DNA of 64,000 nucleotides from Octopus vulgaris. Its lineage: Eukaryota. This document shows positions 52,623 to 64,000 of this stretch, piece after piece. The notes under the pieces were generated by a model that did no database searches, had not been told where the DNA came from, and saw only the letters and a program-made list of their open reading frames with translations. The position numbers and the translations under genes were made by a program. The stretch's first letter is position 1. The number at the start of each line of letters is the position of its first letter. Where the stretch lies: positions 85,994,001 through 86,058,000 of the forward strand of contig OX597825.1 of assembly GCA_951406725.2 (NCBI GenBank), written 5' to 3'.

Positions 52623-53216
52623 TCTAACATGGTGAATGCTGGACGGAGGGGTCAGAAAGGAGAGCTAGGAAGAAGGTGAGATAATAAAGTAGGGGTGATC
52701 CCAAAATGAAGGTGCACATGCGTATGTGAGAGCGTGCATGTGCATTTGGACAGAGTTGGTGACCTTGACGTGTGCATGTGTAGGTATGTGGCTGATGGTG
52801 TGGGTGCTGGGAAGTGGTCAGTGCTAGTGTGTGCAGGGTGGTGTGATGTGGTGTGGTGTGGTATGGTGGTGTGATGTGGTGTGGTGGTGTTGGGGTGTAG
52901 AGGGGTGAGAGTGAGGGAAGCAAGGGTTGGGTCTAGGGGATGGGGTGGGGTTGGATGAGATGTATAGAGATGGTGGGGTTGGAATGTGTAGGGGTTGGGT
53001 AACGAGGGAGGAGTGACAATGAAGGGAGAGTGTGGAAAGGAGAAGGTGGGTAGGAGTGAAGAGAGGAAGTAGGTGCCAGAGCAAGAGAGGAGAGGTGGGT
53101 GGGAGGAAATAGGTGTGAGAGGAAGAAAGGAGAGCCATTTTTATTTAATACTGAAGCTGTGGTGGTGGTGGTGGTGGTGGTGATGATGATGATAATGATG
53201 ATGGTTTAAAACAAAC

Positions 53217-53315
53217 CTTCAAAGAATCCAAATAATCCTGACGTATTTCATCGTAATCTTCAGAAATTTCTTCCAAATATTCTTCTACAGAATCTTTTTT
53301 CATCAAAGCAGAAAA
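53217..53315 (-). CDS. MTR: Methionine synthase exon (FSALMKKDSVEEYLEEISEDYDEIRQDYLDSLK)
   Basis: Acceptor gatttag|, donor AAG|GTTTGT, 99 nt, phase 0-0. Confidence 0.9.
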
Positions 53316-53631
53316 CTAAATCACAAAACGAAGAAATCAATGAAAAGTTGATAGATTTTAGTTAATTATAATTGTAGAATAAGACGTTTGGGAGGGAAGA
53401 GGTTTGTTCTGGCATCTCAGACAGGGTTCATCTTTAAAGACTAAAAGTTCATGAAGGAGGCTGAGGTCTGACATCTTAACCACTTTGGAATCAACCTGTC
53501 TGAGACTGCTCCTTATTCTATGATATTAACTTCCCGCTTGAAAATAGTCTAAATTAAAATATTTCATTAAGATTTCATGTTAATTTATGTTTCAAACATT
53601 AAGAATGAATTCTTTATTATTTTCAGTAATG

Positions 53632-53798
53632 CCATATTTTAACATGTATAAGGAACCCTCTAATTTGGAAGGGCTTAAAATTTGGAAAAAAAAAATGGTT
53701 TTGTAAGGGATTGTAATACTATCCATGTATAAGAAACTCCCATATTTTTTAACCTAATTTTTGACAAAAAAGGGTTTGTTATACTCGTTAAAATATGG
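53632..53798. mobile_element. pogo/Tc2-like MITE
   Basis: TIRs ccatattttaacatgtataa / ttatactcgttaaaatatgg. Flanks are tg and ta. Confidence 0.65.
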
Positions 53799-54006
53799 TA
53801 ATTGAACTTCTATGTTCAGCGCATGCATGTAAGAGAGGGAGGACATGTATAGACGAATGTATATTCGTTTGTGTGTGTATATACATCTAGGTGTGTGTAT
53901 ACATCATGGATACCTTTGGGTGTACATGAAACATTACAAGAATTAGACAAACGAATCAAATAAGTAGGAGAATGAAAGGTGATATGATGGTGTAAGAACC
54001 ACTTAC

Positions 54007-54088
54007 AACGAAGACACTCTTGGATGCATCTGGGACATAAATTGTGGGTCCAGAATAAGCAGGAGAAATCTTCACGGCTGTGTGCTGC
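54007..54088 (-). CDS. MTR: Methionine synthase exon (K-QHTAVKISPAYSGPTIYVPDASKSVFV)
   Basis: Acceptor ttccaaag|, donor |GTAAGT, 82 nt. Contains HTAVKI and DAS motifs. Confidence 0.93.
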
Positions 54089-55291
54089 CTTTGGAATGGT
54101 AAACGATAATTTTGAAATTAATTACATGCAAATATTCATGAGATTAACTTTATTAAATGTAATAAACAATATTAGAAGTTAATTAATCAGAGTTATGTAG
54201 GAGTTTGGTCAGGAGTTTTGTATGACCCCTAAGATTGATGGGGACAAAGAAAGGAGTAAAGGAAGCTCAGTTCATGAGTTTCTGTCATAGGAATCAGGGG
54301 CTGTTGAGATAAAGGGACAGAGAAGAGGCGTTATCTCAGTTGTTTGCAACATAATGGATTCCGTTACTTAGGGCAATTAACAGGCATTGTAATGAGGGGT
54401 GGGACAGGGCTTGGGTGTTTTAAATATGCTGAAGTCCAACATCTTCATATCTGAACATAATTGATTTCTTCCAGAGAGAGAGGGGAGAGAAGAGAGAGAG
54501 ATGGGGGCAGAGAGAAAGAGAGAGGAGAGAAACAGAGAGAAGAGAAAGAGACAGTCAAACACACAGAAAGAGGGGGGAGAGAGAGAAGAACCAACCTCAG
54601 CATATGACTGGTATTGTATTTATTGAACCCCAAAAGGATGAAAAGCAATGACAACCTCAGTTAGATTTGAACTCAGAACAGAGAGAACTGGAGCAAATGG
54701 CACAAGGTTGTCTTATCCAACAGCCTTACAACTTTGCCAGTCAACCACAATTCCATTATAATGCAAATGCTAAGAGATATTAAGACATCATTAAACATGT
54801 CAGAGAATGTGGAAACCATTTAAAACAAACACATCTTTTCTGTTATATTTACTTTAGTAATAATAATTATATTATTGGTGATTAAGTCTCGTTTTGCTGT
54901 CCATTTACAGCAATCTTGTTGCAGCAGACACCGTATTCCATTGACAATGGAATAACCTTTGATATTTCATACTCTGTTTGTCTATTGTTAACAGTAGATC
55001 TAACAAGTAGTACTACAAATATTATACCATAACAGTGTGTGTGTGTGTATTGCAAATGGTATATTTGACATACCTGTGTGTGCGTATGTGTGTATGTCGT
55101 TAATAATGTGTTTGTGTGTGTGTGATAAATAATATATTTAACATGTTGTAGTCCAATATTGATATTATATTGGTTTATGAGCCACTAATAGTGTATTTAA
55201 CCAACTGTAGATTCTTATCACAGAATATTGGTAAAGGTCTGAGTTATTGATAGTATTTCTTCACAAGCTGTCGTATAATATTACAGTGTGT

Positions 55292-55328
<37 letters not shown>

Positions 55329-55439
55329 TTGTAAATGGCTTACATGAGACTGGTTCAATGTAGTTGTTTCACCTTTCAATGCATCGACTGAATTCTTGTC
55401 AAAACAAAAATGGTTCCGAAAAATGTTATAAATCATCCT

Positions 55440-55955
55440 CCTCATCATCGTTTAACGTCCACTTTCCATGGTGGCATGGGTTGGACGTATGGCTGAGGGA
55501 TGGTGAACCAGAAGGCTGCACCAGGCTTCAATCTTGATCTGGTAGAGTTTCTACAGCTGGACGCTCTTCCTAACGTCAACCACTCCGAGAGTGTAGTGGG
55601 TGTTTTTACGTACCAGTCAGGCGGCACTGATGATGACCTCGCTCGAATCTTTTACACATGCCACCAGCACGGGTGCCAGTAAGGCGAAGCTGGTAAGGAT
55701 CCCGCTTGGATGGTGCCTTTTATGTGCCACCGGCATGGAGGCCAGATAGCTGCTCTGGCAACGATCACGCAGATGGTGCTCTTAGCACCCTACTAGCACG
55801 GGGCTCGAGTGCCAGTAATGCGACGCTGGTAATGATGCCTTTTAAGTGCCACTGGCATGGAAGCCGGTTAGCCGCTCAGTCAATGAACACACTCGTATGG
55901 TGCTCTTTGCATCCCACTAGCACGGACGCCAATCATCGAATTTGATTTTGATTTT
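55440..55955 (-). mobile_element. Family C retroposon with internal imperfect repeats
   Basis: Family C tail followed by repeated gatggtgc...ccaccggcac units. Confidence 0.8.
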
Positions 55956-56244
55956 TGAAACCAGTTGGATAGAATCTACCCAGTGAGGCTGGAAGTACAC
56001 ACACAGACACACAGACACACATATGCATTTCAAGAAAGAGCAACAGATGGACAGATGGACAGGCAGACAGATAAACAGATAGGTAGGTAGATAAGTAGAT
56101 AGATAGATAGATTATCAGATAGATAGACAGATAAACAGGTATACCAATGATATTGGATTAGAATTAATTTTATGTCAGGTAAAGATGGAAAATCTAGATA
56201 TTCAGCATTGCAATTCATGTCACCTGTATAAAAGGTAAAAACAA

Positions 56245-56296
<52 letters not shown>

Positions 56297-56394
56297 GTGT
56301 GTGTCTATGTGAGAAATTGTTTGCATGTGATGTGAAAGTGTTATGTGACTGTGTGTATGTGTGTGTGTATTGTAGTATCACCTGTAATTCTTAC

Positions 56395-56515
56395 TTTGAT
56401 GTTGTTGCACCTCCAATCAACAATGGAATCTTCAGACCAATTCTCTCCATTTCCTGTGCCACATGAACCATTTCACTAAGAGATGGAGTAATTAGTCCTG
56501 ACAGACCAATCACAT
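56395..56515 (-). CDS. MTR: Methionine synthase exon ([39 protein letters not shown])
   Basis: Acceptor ccttgtag|, donor AA|GTAAGA, 121 nt. Contains GLSGLITPS and LLIGGATTS motifs. Confidence 0.95.
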
Positions 56516-56610
56516 CTACAAGGAATAAAACATTTAAAAGGGATCATATAAAATAGGATAAAAGACACAAAGGAGCTCGGGGTTGGTGGGAAAAGAATAA
56601 CTATGGACAG

Positions 56611-56820
56611 GGCCTCATAGCTGGAGGGAGGGGCTTTACAGCTGGAGGGAGAGGCCTCATACCTGGAGGGAGGGGCCTCGTAGCTGGAGGGAGGAGTCTC
56701 ATAGCTGGAGGGAGGAGCTTCATAGCTGGAGGGAGGGGCCTCATAGCTGGAGTAAGGGGCTTCATAGCTGAAAGGAGGGGCCTCATAGCTGGTGAAGGGG
56801 CTTTACAGCTGGAGGAGGGT
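56611..56820. repeat. 21-bp minisatellite, ~10 copies (cctcatagctggagggagggg)
   Basis: Tandem units visible directly. It produces the artefactual MRPLPPA repeat ORF. Confidence 0.92.
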
Positions 56821-56821
56821 T

Positions 56822-57290
56822 GCATTTATCTATTTTTCCGCCTTCCTTCTTGACTATTCGTGGGTCAAAGGGGCATGCAACATCAACTCTATGGCACATG
56901 TGGTGCATCTTGTCCACCACCACTAGGTCCAGTCCGTTATGCTCCAGCACCTGATCTGTTTGGATTGGGAAATCCCAGGGGATTTTGTTAGTCTCCAACT
57001 CCACCACTCTCTGTGGTTTGTGCTCATACCATGTCTTGCCCCTCTCCAGCCCCCACTTTTTACACAGTTTCCAATTTTACACACTTTCGCTACCTGATCG
57101 CATTGCCACAACTTGTAGTGGTTTTGGGAAAGTCCAGGGCATTTGTTTCTGATGTGGCAATGGTTTTATCCACTCTTTTAGAGATGCAGCACAACGGAGA
57201 CACTTGCTCATTCCAAAGGTTGACCCTCCAGTTTATGGCCAAAGCTTGGTCTTGCACTGCCAGTATAGTGGTCTCGGTAGCATTAATATT
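56822..57290 (-). mobile_element. R4/Dong-type non-LTR retrotransposon relic (restriction-like endonuclease region)
   Basis: Translations TETTILAVQDQAL, DQVAKV and KIPWDFPIQTDQVLEHNGLDLVVVDK...VDVACPFD..IVKKE..KIDK, broken by frameshifts. Confidence 0.85.
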
Positions 57291-57336
57291 ATAATAATAA
57301 TATAATAAAAATAGCATTATTGTTATTTTTTTTTAA

Positions 57337-57546
57337 GGCGACAATCTAGCAGAATCGTTAGCATGCCAGGCAAAAAGCTTAGCAGCATTTTGTCTGCCTT
57401 TACATTCTGAGTTCAAATTCCACCAAGATTGACTTTGCTTTTCATCCTTTCAGGGTCGATAACATAAGTGCCAGTTGTGTATTGGGGTCAATACAATCAA
57501 CTTACCCCTCCCCTAAATTTCAAGCCTTGTGCCTATAGTAGAAAGG

Positions 57547-57584
<38 letters not shown>

Positions 57585-57922
57585 TATTATTATTATTATT
57601 ATTATTATTAAATAAATATAGGTTTGTACACTAGTAAAAATGGTAAAGTTTCTGGCAAGGAAAACAGGAATCTGGAATAGGGAGTGGGGAGGGGTGGGAA
57701 TGTAATCCTTTCTATTATAGGCACAAGGCCTGAAATTTGAGGGGAGAGGACCAGCCAACTAGATCGACCCCAGTAACCAACTGGTACTTAATTTATCGAC
57801 CCCTGAAAAGATGAAAGGTAAAGTCTACCTCCGTGGAATTTGAACTCAGAACGCAGCAACAACCAAGATACCGCAAAGCATCTCATCCAGCATGCTAACA
57901 ATTCTGCCAGCTCACTGCCTTT
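57337..57922. mobile_element. Two older family A SINE copies in tail-to-tail orientation (~57337-57547 +, ~57705-57922 -)
   Basis: Both carry gagttcaaattccac...tttcatc...gggtcgataa and tails ending aatttca(a/g)gccttgtgcctata. Confidence 0.75.
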
Positions 57923-57958
57923 GTGGATGTGATATAAAGATAAACATAATGATCAAAC

Positions 57959-58026
57959 CAGCATTAATATCAATAGCAGTGCTGAGGATCTTCTCACAGG
58001 GGGTCATCACACCAAGGTCGACAATT
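57959..58026 (-). CDS. MTR: Methionine synthase exon (K-IVDLGVMTPCEKILSTAIDINA-D)
   Basis: Acceptor ttttacag|, donor G|GTTTGA, 68 nt. Phases 2/1 fit both neighbours. Confidence 0.92.
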
Positions 58027-58758
58027 CTGTAAAACAATGATTAAAAAAAAAGGACTTTAGTTAGAACATTGAGTCAAGCACACTCATACACACACACACA
58101 CACACACATGCACACACACACATAGATACATATATATATATATATCATGGCCATCCAAACATGCAGCCTATGCCCTCCCTCCACTCCCTCTCTCAGCCTT
58201 GTCTTGTGAGTTTGCGGATGATGATGCTACGTAAAACGCAGCCTTGCCAAGGCCACATCAAATGCACCAGAGCTCGTGACATGAGGAAGCACCCAGTCCA
58301 CACCCTGCAAAGTGTTTGGCATTAGGAAGGGCATCCAGCCATAGAAACCATGCCAAAACAAATGGAGTCTGGTGTGGTTCTCCAGCCTTGCCATCTCCTG
58401 GATAATGGACATCAAATGAGGAAGGTGGTGGTGGTGGTGATGTGTTTTATCATGGCCCCCAACTGTAGAGAGGTAGTCGTGTCTATGATGAGACTAAAGC
58501 AGCCTCTCACCTTTGTGATATCGCCAAGACAGATTGACCAGGACAGAGTGAATAGGAGAGAGAGGAGGAGGGGAGAGAAAGAAAGGGGGAGAAGGACCAA
58601 GGCAGGTGAGGCTTCAAAAAGTCCCATTCAACTCATGCCATCAGAGAAAAGCAGATGTAAAAACAATGATATTGATGCTGTGTGTATATATATGTATATA
58701 TATGCAGGCTGGCAGCTGTGTGTATGTATATATGCATGTATACATGTATGTAACTTAC

Positions 58759-58862
58759 TTGAAATTATTGCAGCCAAGTACAACAGCAACAATATTCTTC
58801 CCTATGTCGTGGACGTCTCCTTTCACTGTGGCTATCACCATGGTACCGTTATAAGTCCTCTC
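58759..58862 (-). CDS. MTR: Methionine synthase exon ([34 protein letters not shown]), cobalamin-binding His motif
   Basis: Acceptor ttacag|, donor AA|GTAAGT, 104 nt. DxHxxG B12-ligand motif is intact. Confidence 0.96.
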
Positions 58863-59667
58863 CTGTAACAACAACAACAACAACAACAACAACAAATTAT
58901 GGCAGCAACAACAGAAATACTTTCTGAACCACAAAAAGTAAAAAGCAGTGCACAGCTTCATCATCATCATCACCATCATTTAACATGTGTTAAAAAGTAT
59001 ATATCAACACATTGTTTCAATATACATACACATTGCTTTGAATACACACACACATATATACACGCATGCATGCAAACACACACACACACATACACTTACA
59101 TAAATACACATACACATGCACACACACATATATAAAGATACACGCAACACACACATACACACACACACATAAATACACATACACATGCACACACACATGC
59201 ACCCACACATGCACACACACTACCTCTGCAAGGCCAGCAGTTGATTTACACACTTCCAACTTCACAGCCTTCCTCCAACTTACACACACACATCCAGACA
59301 CACAAATGCACACACATGCAACATATAACCTTTTTTTTATGCAAATACAGATATTAAATGATGATGAGGACGACGACGACAACGAGGATGATGATGATGG
59401 GTCAATGAGGGGAAAGATCTCTCTCTCTCTATTTATCTATCTATTTTTAATGTTACAGATATTTCAGCAAACCTCCAGTCACATATACGCAGACAATTAA
59501 TAAACATACAACAGATATTTTATATGTCTTAATATATTTTACATAACAGGAAAGCAAATTATTTCTTCTTTCACAGAAAACATTGAATCAAAACATGCTT
59601 ATCTCCCCTTACACAACTCAATCGTACAAGGCCTTATTGAAAAGGAGATATAAATGGTGGTGGAAAG

Positions 59668-59932
59668 GTGTGTGTGTGTGTCCTTTATACAAATCCACAA
59701 TTTTTCAGTTAGAGGGCTCACACTTTCTATGGTTATTCAAAACCGTCCAAGGATGGTCGTGCACATCTTTAAATTTCCCCAGTCACCCCGCAAAGCCATT
59801 AAAAAATCAATAGGAGTGACTATTTTGTGAATTTTCTATCCAAAACCCAATCAAAATGCCTGAAACTTGATATGCCAATTGAATGCCAATTGATACGCCA
59901 ATGACCCAGCAACGCCGGGTCATAGCGCTAGT
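59668..59932 (+). mobile_element. Non-autonomous Helitron/Helentron-type element (3' end)
   Basis: Subterminal hairpin atgaccc-agcaacgcc-gggtcat followed by agcg-CTAG|T. The 5' boundary is uncertain. Confidence 0.65.
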
Positions 59933-60891
59933 GTAGTATATGTCTGCATTATATGTGTGGGCATATGTTGTACACAGAAGAAATTTTTGAGAAAAATGGA
60001 TGAGAGGTAAAAAAAAACAAAGAAGAGAGTGAGGAAAGGAATTAGAGAGAGTAGGAGTGATTAGGAAAGAAAAGCAAAAATAGATTTTTTAAAAAAAGAT
60101 TAAAATCAAACAACAAAAATATTTCTTCCTTATTTTTCTTTTTCTATTTTCATTTTCACTCTTTTCTGTTGAAAAGTTTTCCACAAATAAACAAGTTGAA
60201 AAAAAACAAATAAAAAAGACTAAAATTTAAAAATTTAAGCCACTTCATTGAAACCAATTCCATCTTCATCCCTCGCAGACAATTAATCAAGGTGTATTGA
60301 TGATCAATAAGTCTCTATAGACAGGTTCCATGAAGATCTCAATGACTGGAACTTTTATGGAACTCCTTCAAATCAAAGATTAAGAAATAAGAAATATTTT
60401 GGCTGAGATTTATTCCGGTCACACTTTTTTTGTCTTTTGGTGAAAACCGAAAATTCTAAAAGTAAAGAAAATAAATTCTTTACTTTTAGGCTTTAATTAT
60501 TAACGAACCATCATGTGGAGTCGTCAATAACGAACCAATATATTGTTAGAGTTGCTTTCCAACAGGAATTAAACTTTCAGGCAGTTAAATGGAAGAATTC
60601 TTTTGCACTGGTTTGGATTCAGTCTTTTGAGTATGGCCATGCTACAGCACTACTTCGGTCAATCAAATCGATCCTAGAATTCACTTTTTAAGTCTGGTAT
60701 TTATTCTAAGCATTCCTATTTTTGCCCAACTGTCAAGTTATGAGAATGTAAACAAACAAACACTGGCTGTTAAGGGGTGTCCTATAAACACACAATAATA
60801 TAAAGAGAGAAAAATATGACCATCCAGGAAGAACACTTCCTGTGTATGTGTGTGTGTTTTTATGTGTATTTGTGCGTGTGTCTGAGCTTAC

Positions 60892-61290
60892 CTTGGATCG
60901 TAGGGCGACCTGCTGTGCTTGAGGAGGCCTATTGAGTCAAGTACATCAACATCAAATGGAAATTGTAGTTGTGATACCTGTGCCAGTGGCATGTAAAAAG
61001 CACCATCCAAACGTGGCCGATGCCAGCACCGCCTCGACTGGCTTCTGTGCCGGTGGCACGTAAAAAGCATCAACTGATCGTGGCCGCTGCCAACCTCCCC
61101 TGGCACGTAAAAAGTACCCACTACACTCACAGAGTGGTTGGCGTTAGGAAGGGCATCCAACAGTAAAAACACTGCCAGATCAGACTGGAGCCTGGTGCAG
61201 CCTCCTGGCTTCCCAGACCCTAGTCGAACCGTCCAACCTGTGCTAGCATGGAAAACAGACATTAAACGATGATGATGATGATGATGATGA

Positions 61291-61338
<48 letters not shown>

Positions 61339-61530
61339 CATTATCGTCAACATCATTTAACATTTATTTTCCCTGCTGGCATTGGTTGGATAGCTTAACA
61401 GGAACTGGCAAGGCAGAAGACTGTACCAGGCTCCAATCGCCTCCTTTGGCAGGATTTCTATGGCTGGATGCCCTTCTTATTGCCAACTACTTTACAGAAT
61501 GTAACTGAGTACTTTTTACATGGCACCAGC
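60892..61530. mobile_element. Two family C copies tail-to-tail (~60892-61293 +, ~61338-61530 -) around a (TA)n run
   Basis: Both carry the ggaagggcatcc / catggaaa..gttaaa(c/t)gat motifs on opposite strands. Further copies at ~31060, ~39690, ~40510, ~49200 and ~58280. Confidence 0.78.
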
Positions 61531-61970
61531 AGCTGTGAGGTTACCAAAGAACTTACAAGACTGTAAGCCCTGATGAGCTTCCACACAATTTCTATCTACA
61601 AAATTCTCTCGCAAGACAATGGTCATCTTGGAATACAGATGGTGTTGTTCAGTGGAACTGGACTTCAGATCCTGCTGTTTCAAGACAAAATTCTTAACCA
61701 CCCAGCCAGCCATGACCTGCTCTTAGACAACATAGAATAACTCTACATAGAACTGGGGGAGGGGGAGGTATTAATCAATGGAGAGAATGGTTTGGTGTGT
61801 CATCAACTTAGAATGATAATTAGATATGTTGTTAATTAACTTAGAATAATATTTCTTTCCATTAATATAAATAAAACTTAATCAAATTTTGGTAATCATT
61901 AATCATACCCAGAAGCAACAAAAAATAAAAGAGACCATTTTGGAAACAAAAGGGAGAATAATTTCCTTAC

Positions 61971-62108
61971 ATTCAATTTCTTTTCTTTATCATCTTCCAT
62001 GAAAGGAATCAGATAAGCCACAGCTTTCTTCATGACTCGAGCAGACTTGATAACTTGTGGCAGAAACATTTTGCCAGAACCAAACAAATCTCCGACTTTG
62101 TTCATTCC
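61971..62108 (-). CDS. MTR: Methionine synthase exon ([38 protein letters not shown]...KKLN)
   Basis: Acceptor ttccag|, donor |GTAAGG, 138 nt. Contains the hallmark [17 protein letters not shown] motif. Confidence 0.95.
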
Positions 62109-62538
62109 CTGGAAATAAAAAAAAAAAACAGATCTAACAATACTGTGAAATACTGGTTTCAAATTTTGGCACAAGGCCAGCAATTTAAGGGAAGCGAATA
62201 AGTTGATTACATTGACCCCCAGTGAAAATCAATGGCTTTATCCCACGGGACACATTTCAGACAGGTTTAGTCCTTGATGATCCCATGCCTACAACATTTG
62301 TCTCGAACACGCAATACCCCTTGCCAGAGCTGCCATGCCATGGACTTTTTGCAAGATGTCCATAATCCCCAAAGTGAAGGTTCTCCAGAAGAAACTGTAA
62401 AAACTGCTCCCATAAATAACCAGAGGAACTCTGAGACGACCATTGCTCGTTACCTTTAGAGAAACCTTGAGTTGTTTCTTCCTGCCAATGGCTTTGAGAA
62501 CAATAAAACTGATCGTAATAAAACTGACAGGTGCCTAC

Positions 62539-62637
62539 CTTCATTAATGGCCCTTCAATTATCTTCAAAGGGATCGGATAAGCATCTACAGATTGGTGAG
62601 CTTCTTGCACGTCTTGGATGATGTATTTGTCGATTCC
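62539..62637 (-). CDS. MTR: Methionine synthase exon (GIDKYIIQDV...IIEGPLMK), cap domain
   Basis: AG at 62639-62638, donor AAG|GTAGGC, 99 nt, phase 0-0. Matches the MetH PLxIIEGPLM motif. Confidence 0.92.
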
Positions 62638-62989
62638 CTTCAAGACACACAGACAAAAAACAATAAGATAAACAAAAAAGAAACAAACCAATTTCTTTCA
62701 AACAATAAAATTAAAATTCCATTTTTATTTTTATTAATATGAATATATTTATTTATTTATTTATTGAGTGGTGTTAGATTTTATCAACCCTGAAGGGGTG
62801 TAATGCAAAAATGATGTCAGCAGCATTTGAACTCAAAATGTAAATGGCTGAAATAAATGCCACAAAGCAATTCTAAAACAATTCCACAAATCTATGAACC
62901 CATCATCATCATCACACCACCACCACCACCACCACCACCACCACCATCATCAGCTGGAGGTGTCATTAATGTCCCAGCTGTTCACTTCC

Positions 62990-63180
62990 CATGAACATTG
63001 TTTTTCAAGTCTCAAAGACTTTGCAGAGATTCCTTTCAATGCCAAGTAATGCTTTTGTTTTTTGCTTTTTTTTTTTGGATGTTCTCTATTTCCATTTTTT
63101 ATTCCAAACATTTCCAACCAATTCTTAATCTCTTTGATCACTCTACCAACAATTATTGGCACAATAATCACTCTTTTCAT
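62990..63180 (-). mobile_element. Probable 3' end of an R4/Dong-type LINE
   Basis: VIIVPIIVG...IKNWLEMFGIK resembles the C-terminus following the endonuclease domain. Heavily degenerate. Confidence 0.45.
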
Positions 63181-64000
63181 TGACCACAGTTTTTTTTATT
63201 TCTTTCCTCAAAACTTCCTTCCTTCGTTATTCATCTCTCACACCTTCCTTTCTCAGTCATACGACACTCTCTTTGCCATTCATCTCCTCAACCTTCACCT
63301 CTCACTCCACCTCTATCATATATATATATATACACAAATATATAAATGGACAACACTCATTATTATATTAGGAGATTATACATACATTTTAACACTTTAC
63401 AGTATACTTACATATATACATAATTCTATACATCGATCTAAAACAACAGGATTACGAAAGGAAGACCAGAATTTAAGACCACAATGCAGTATGCATTTCA
63501 TTACAATTATGATTTTTATGTTCAATGACGTTTCTCTACCAAAGTTCCTGTTGCATTTCAATAAGTGTTTCCAAAACTTTTACGTAGTGACTCCGAAAGA
63601 CTGATCGACACGTGTGCACTCAAGTCATGCAAATATTTTCCTTACCTAGACGACACATACACAGCATTACAAACACAGCTGCACACCACCCTCTTGCACA
63701 TTCCATGACTCCCAATGGGATCAATCAGATACCGGACAAGGTATATGGATTATTTTCCCCATTTGAGAGCGATCAGGTTCATTTTTATTATTCTCGTTTG
63801 TGAGAGCAGTCGAGTTTATTTCAGATATTCTCATTTTAAAAATTTATCTCTGGTTAATCATTGAGAGGACTCTGGTATTGCTTTGGCAGAGGTTTGTGCT
63901 CTCTGAGTTCTCTTATTGTTGTTGGTTGTTGTTGTTGTTGTTGCTGTTGTTAAGCAACAAGACGGGTAAGGGTGATTAGGTGATGGTCTAAGGCTTAGGA

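Noticed and set aside
56601-56825. MRPLPPA repeat protein or CRISPR-like array
   Set aside because: A head-to-tail 21-bp minisatellite with no unique spacers, in a eukaryotic intron.
59224-59280. Possible MTR micro-exon (…KSTAGLAE|gtagtg)
   Set aside because: Weak donor, no convincing acceptor, and no MTR similarity.

Overview
AT-rich, microsatellite-saturated eukaryotic DNA. The SINE families and repeat density suggest an octopus or other coleoid cephalopod (inference). Two spliced minus-strand genes can be rebuilt by hand with GT-AG junctions and consistent phases. (1) The 3' half of cobalamin-dependent methionine synthase (MTR): 15 coding exons from 62637 to the stop at 42243, with the 5' part outside the window. 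(2) A complete exosome subunit EXOSC8/Rrp43 (278 aa) in only two coding exons (37163-37280, 32594-33312). The left ~32 kb has no recognisable intact coding exon. Most listed ORFs are microsatellite artefacts. Repeats include at least four SINE-like families, relics of RTE, R4/Dong-type and Penelope-like retroelements, Tc1/mariner relics, several MITEs and a Helitron-type 3' end. The most notable pattern is a dispersed set of minimal hammerhead-ribozyme-like motifs, two of them inside large palindromes next to (TA)n runs. Other leads are an inverted SINE pair bracketing two phase-0 MTR exons (300 nt), a Merlin-like MITE beside the EXOSC8 promoter, and apparent intron loss in EXOSC8. Repeat boundaries are approximate and family names were assigned by eye.
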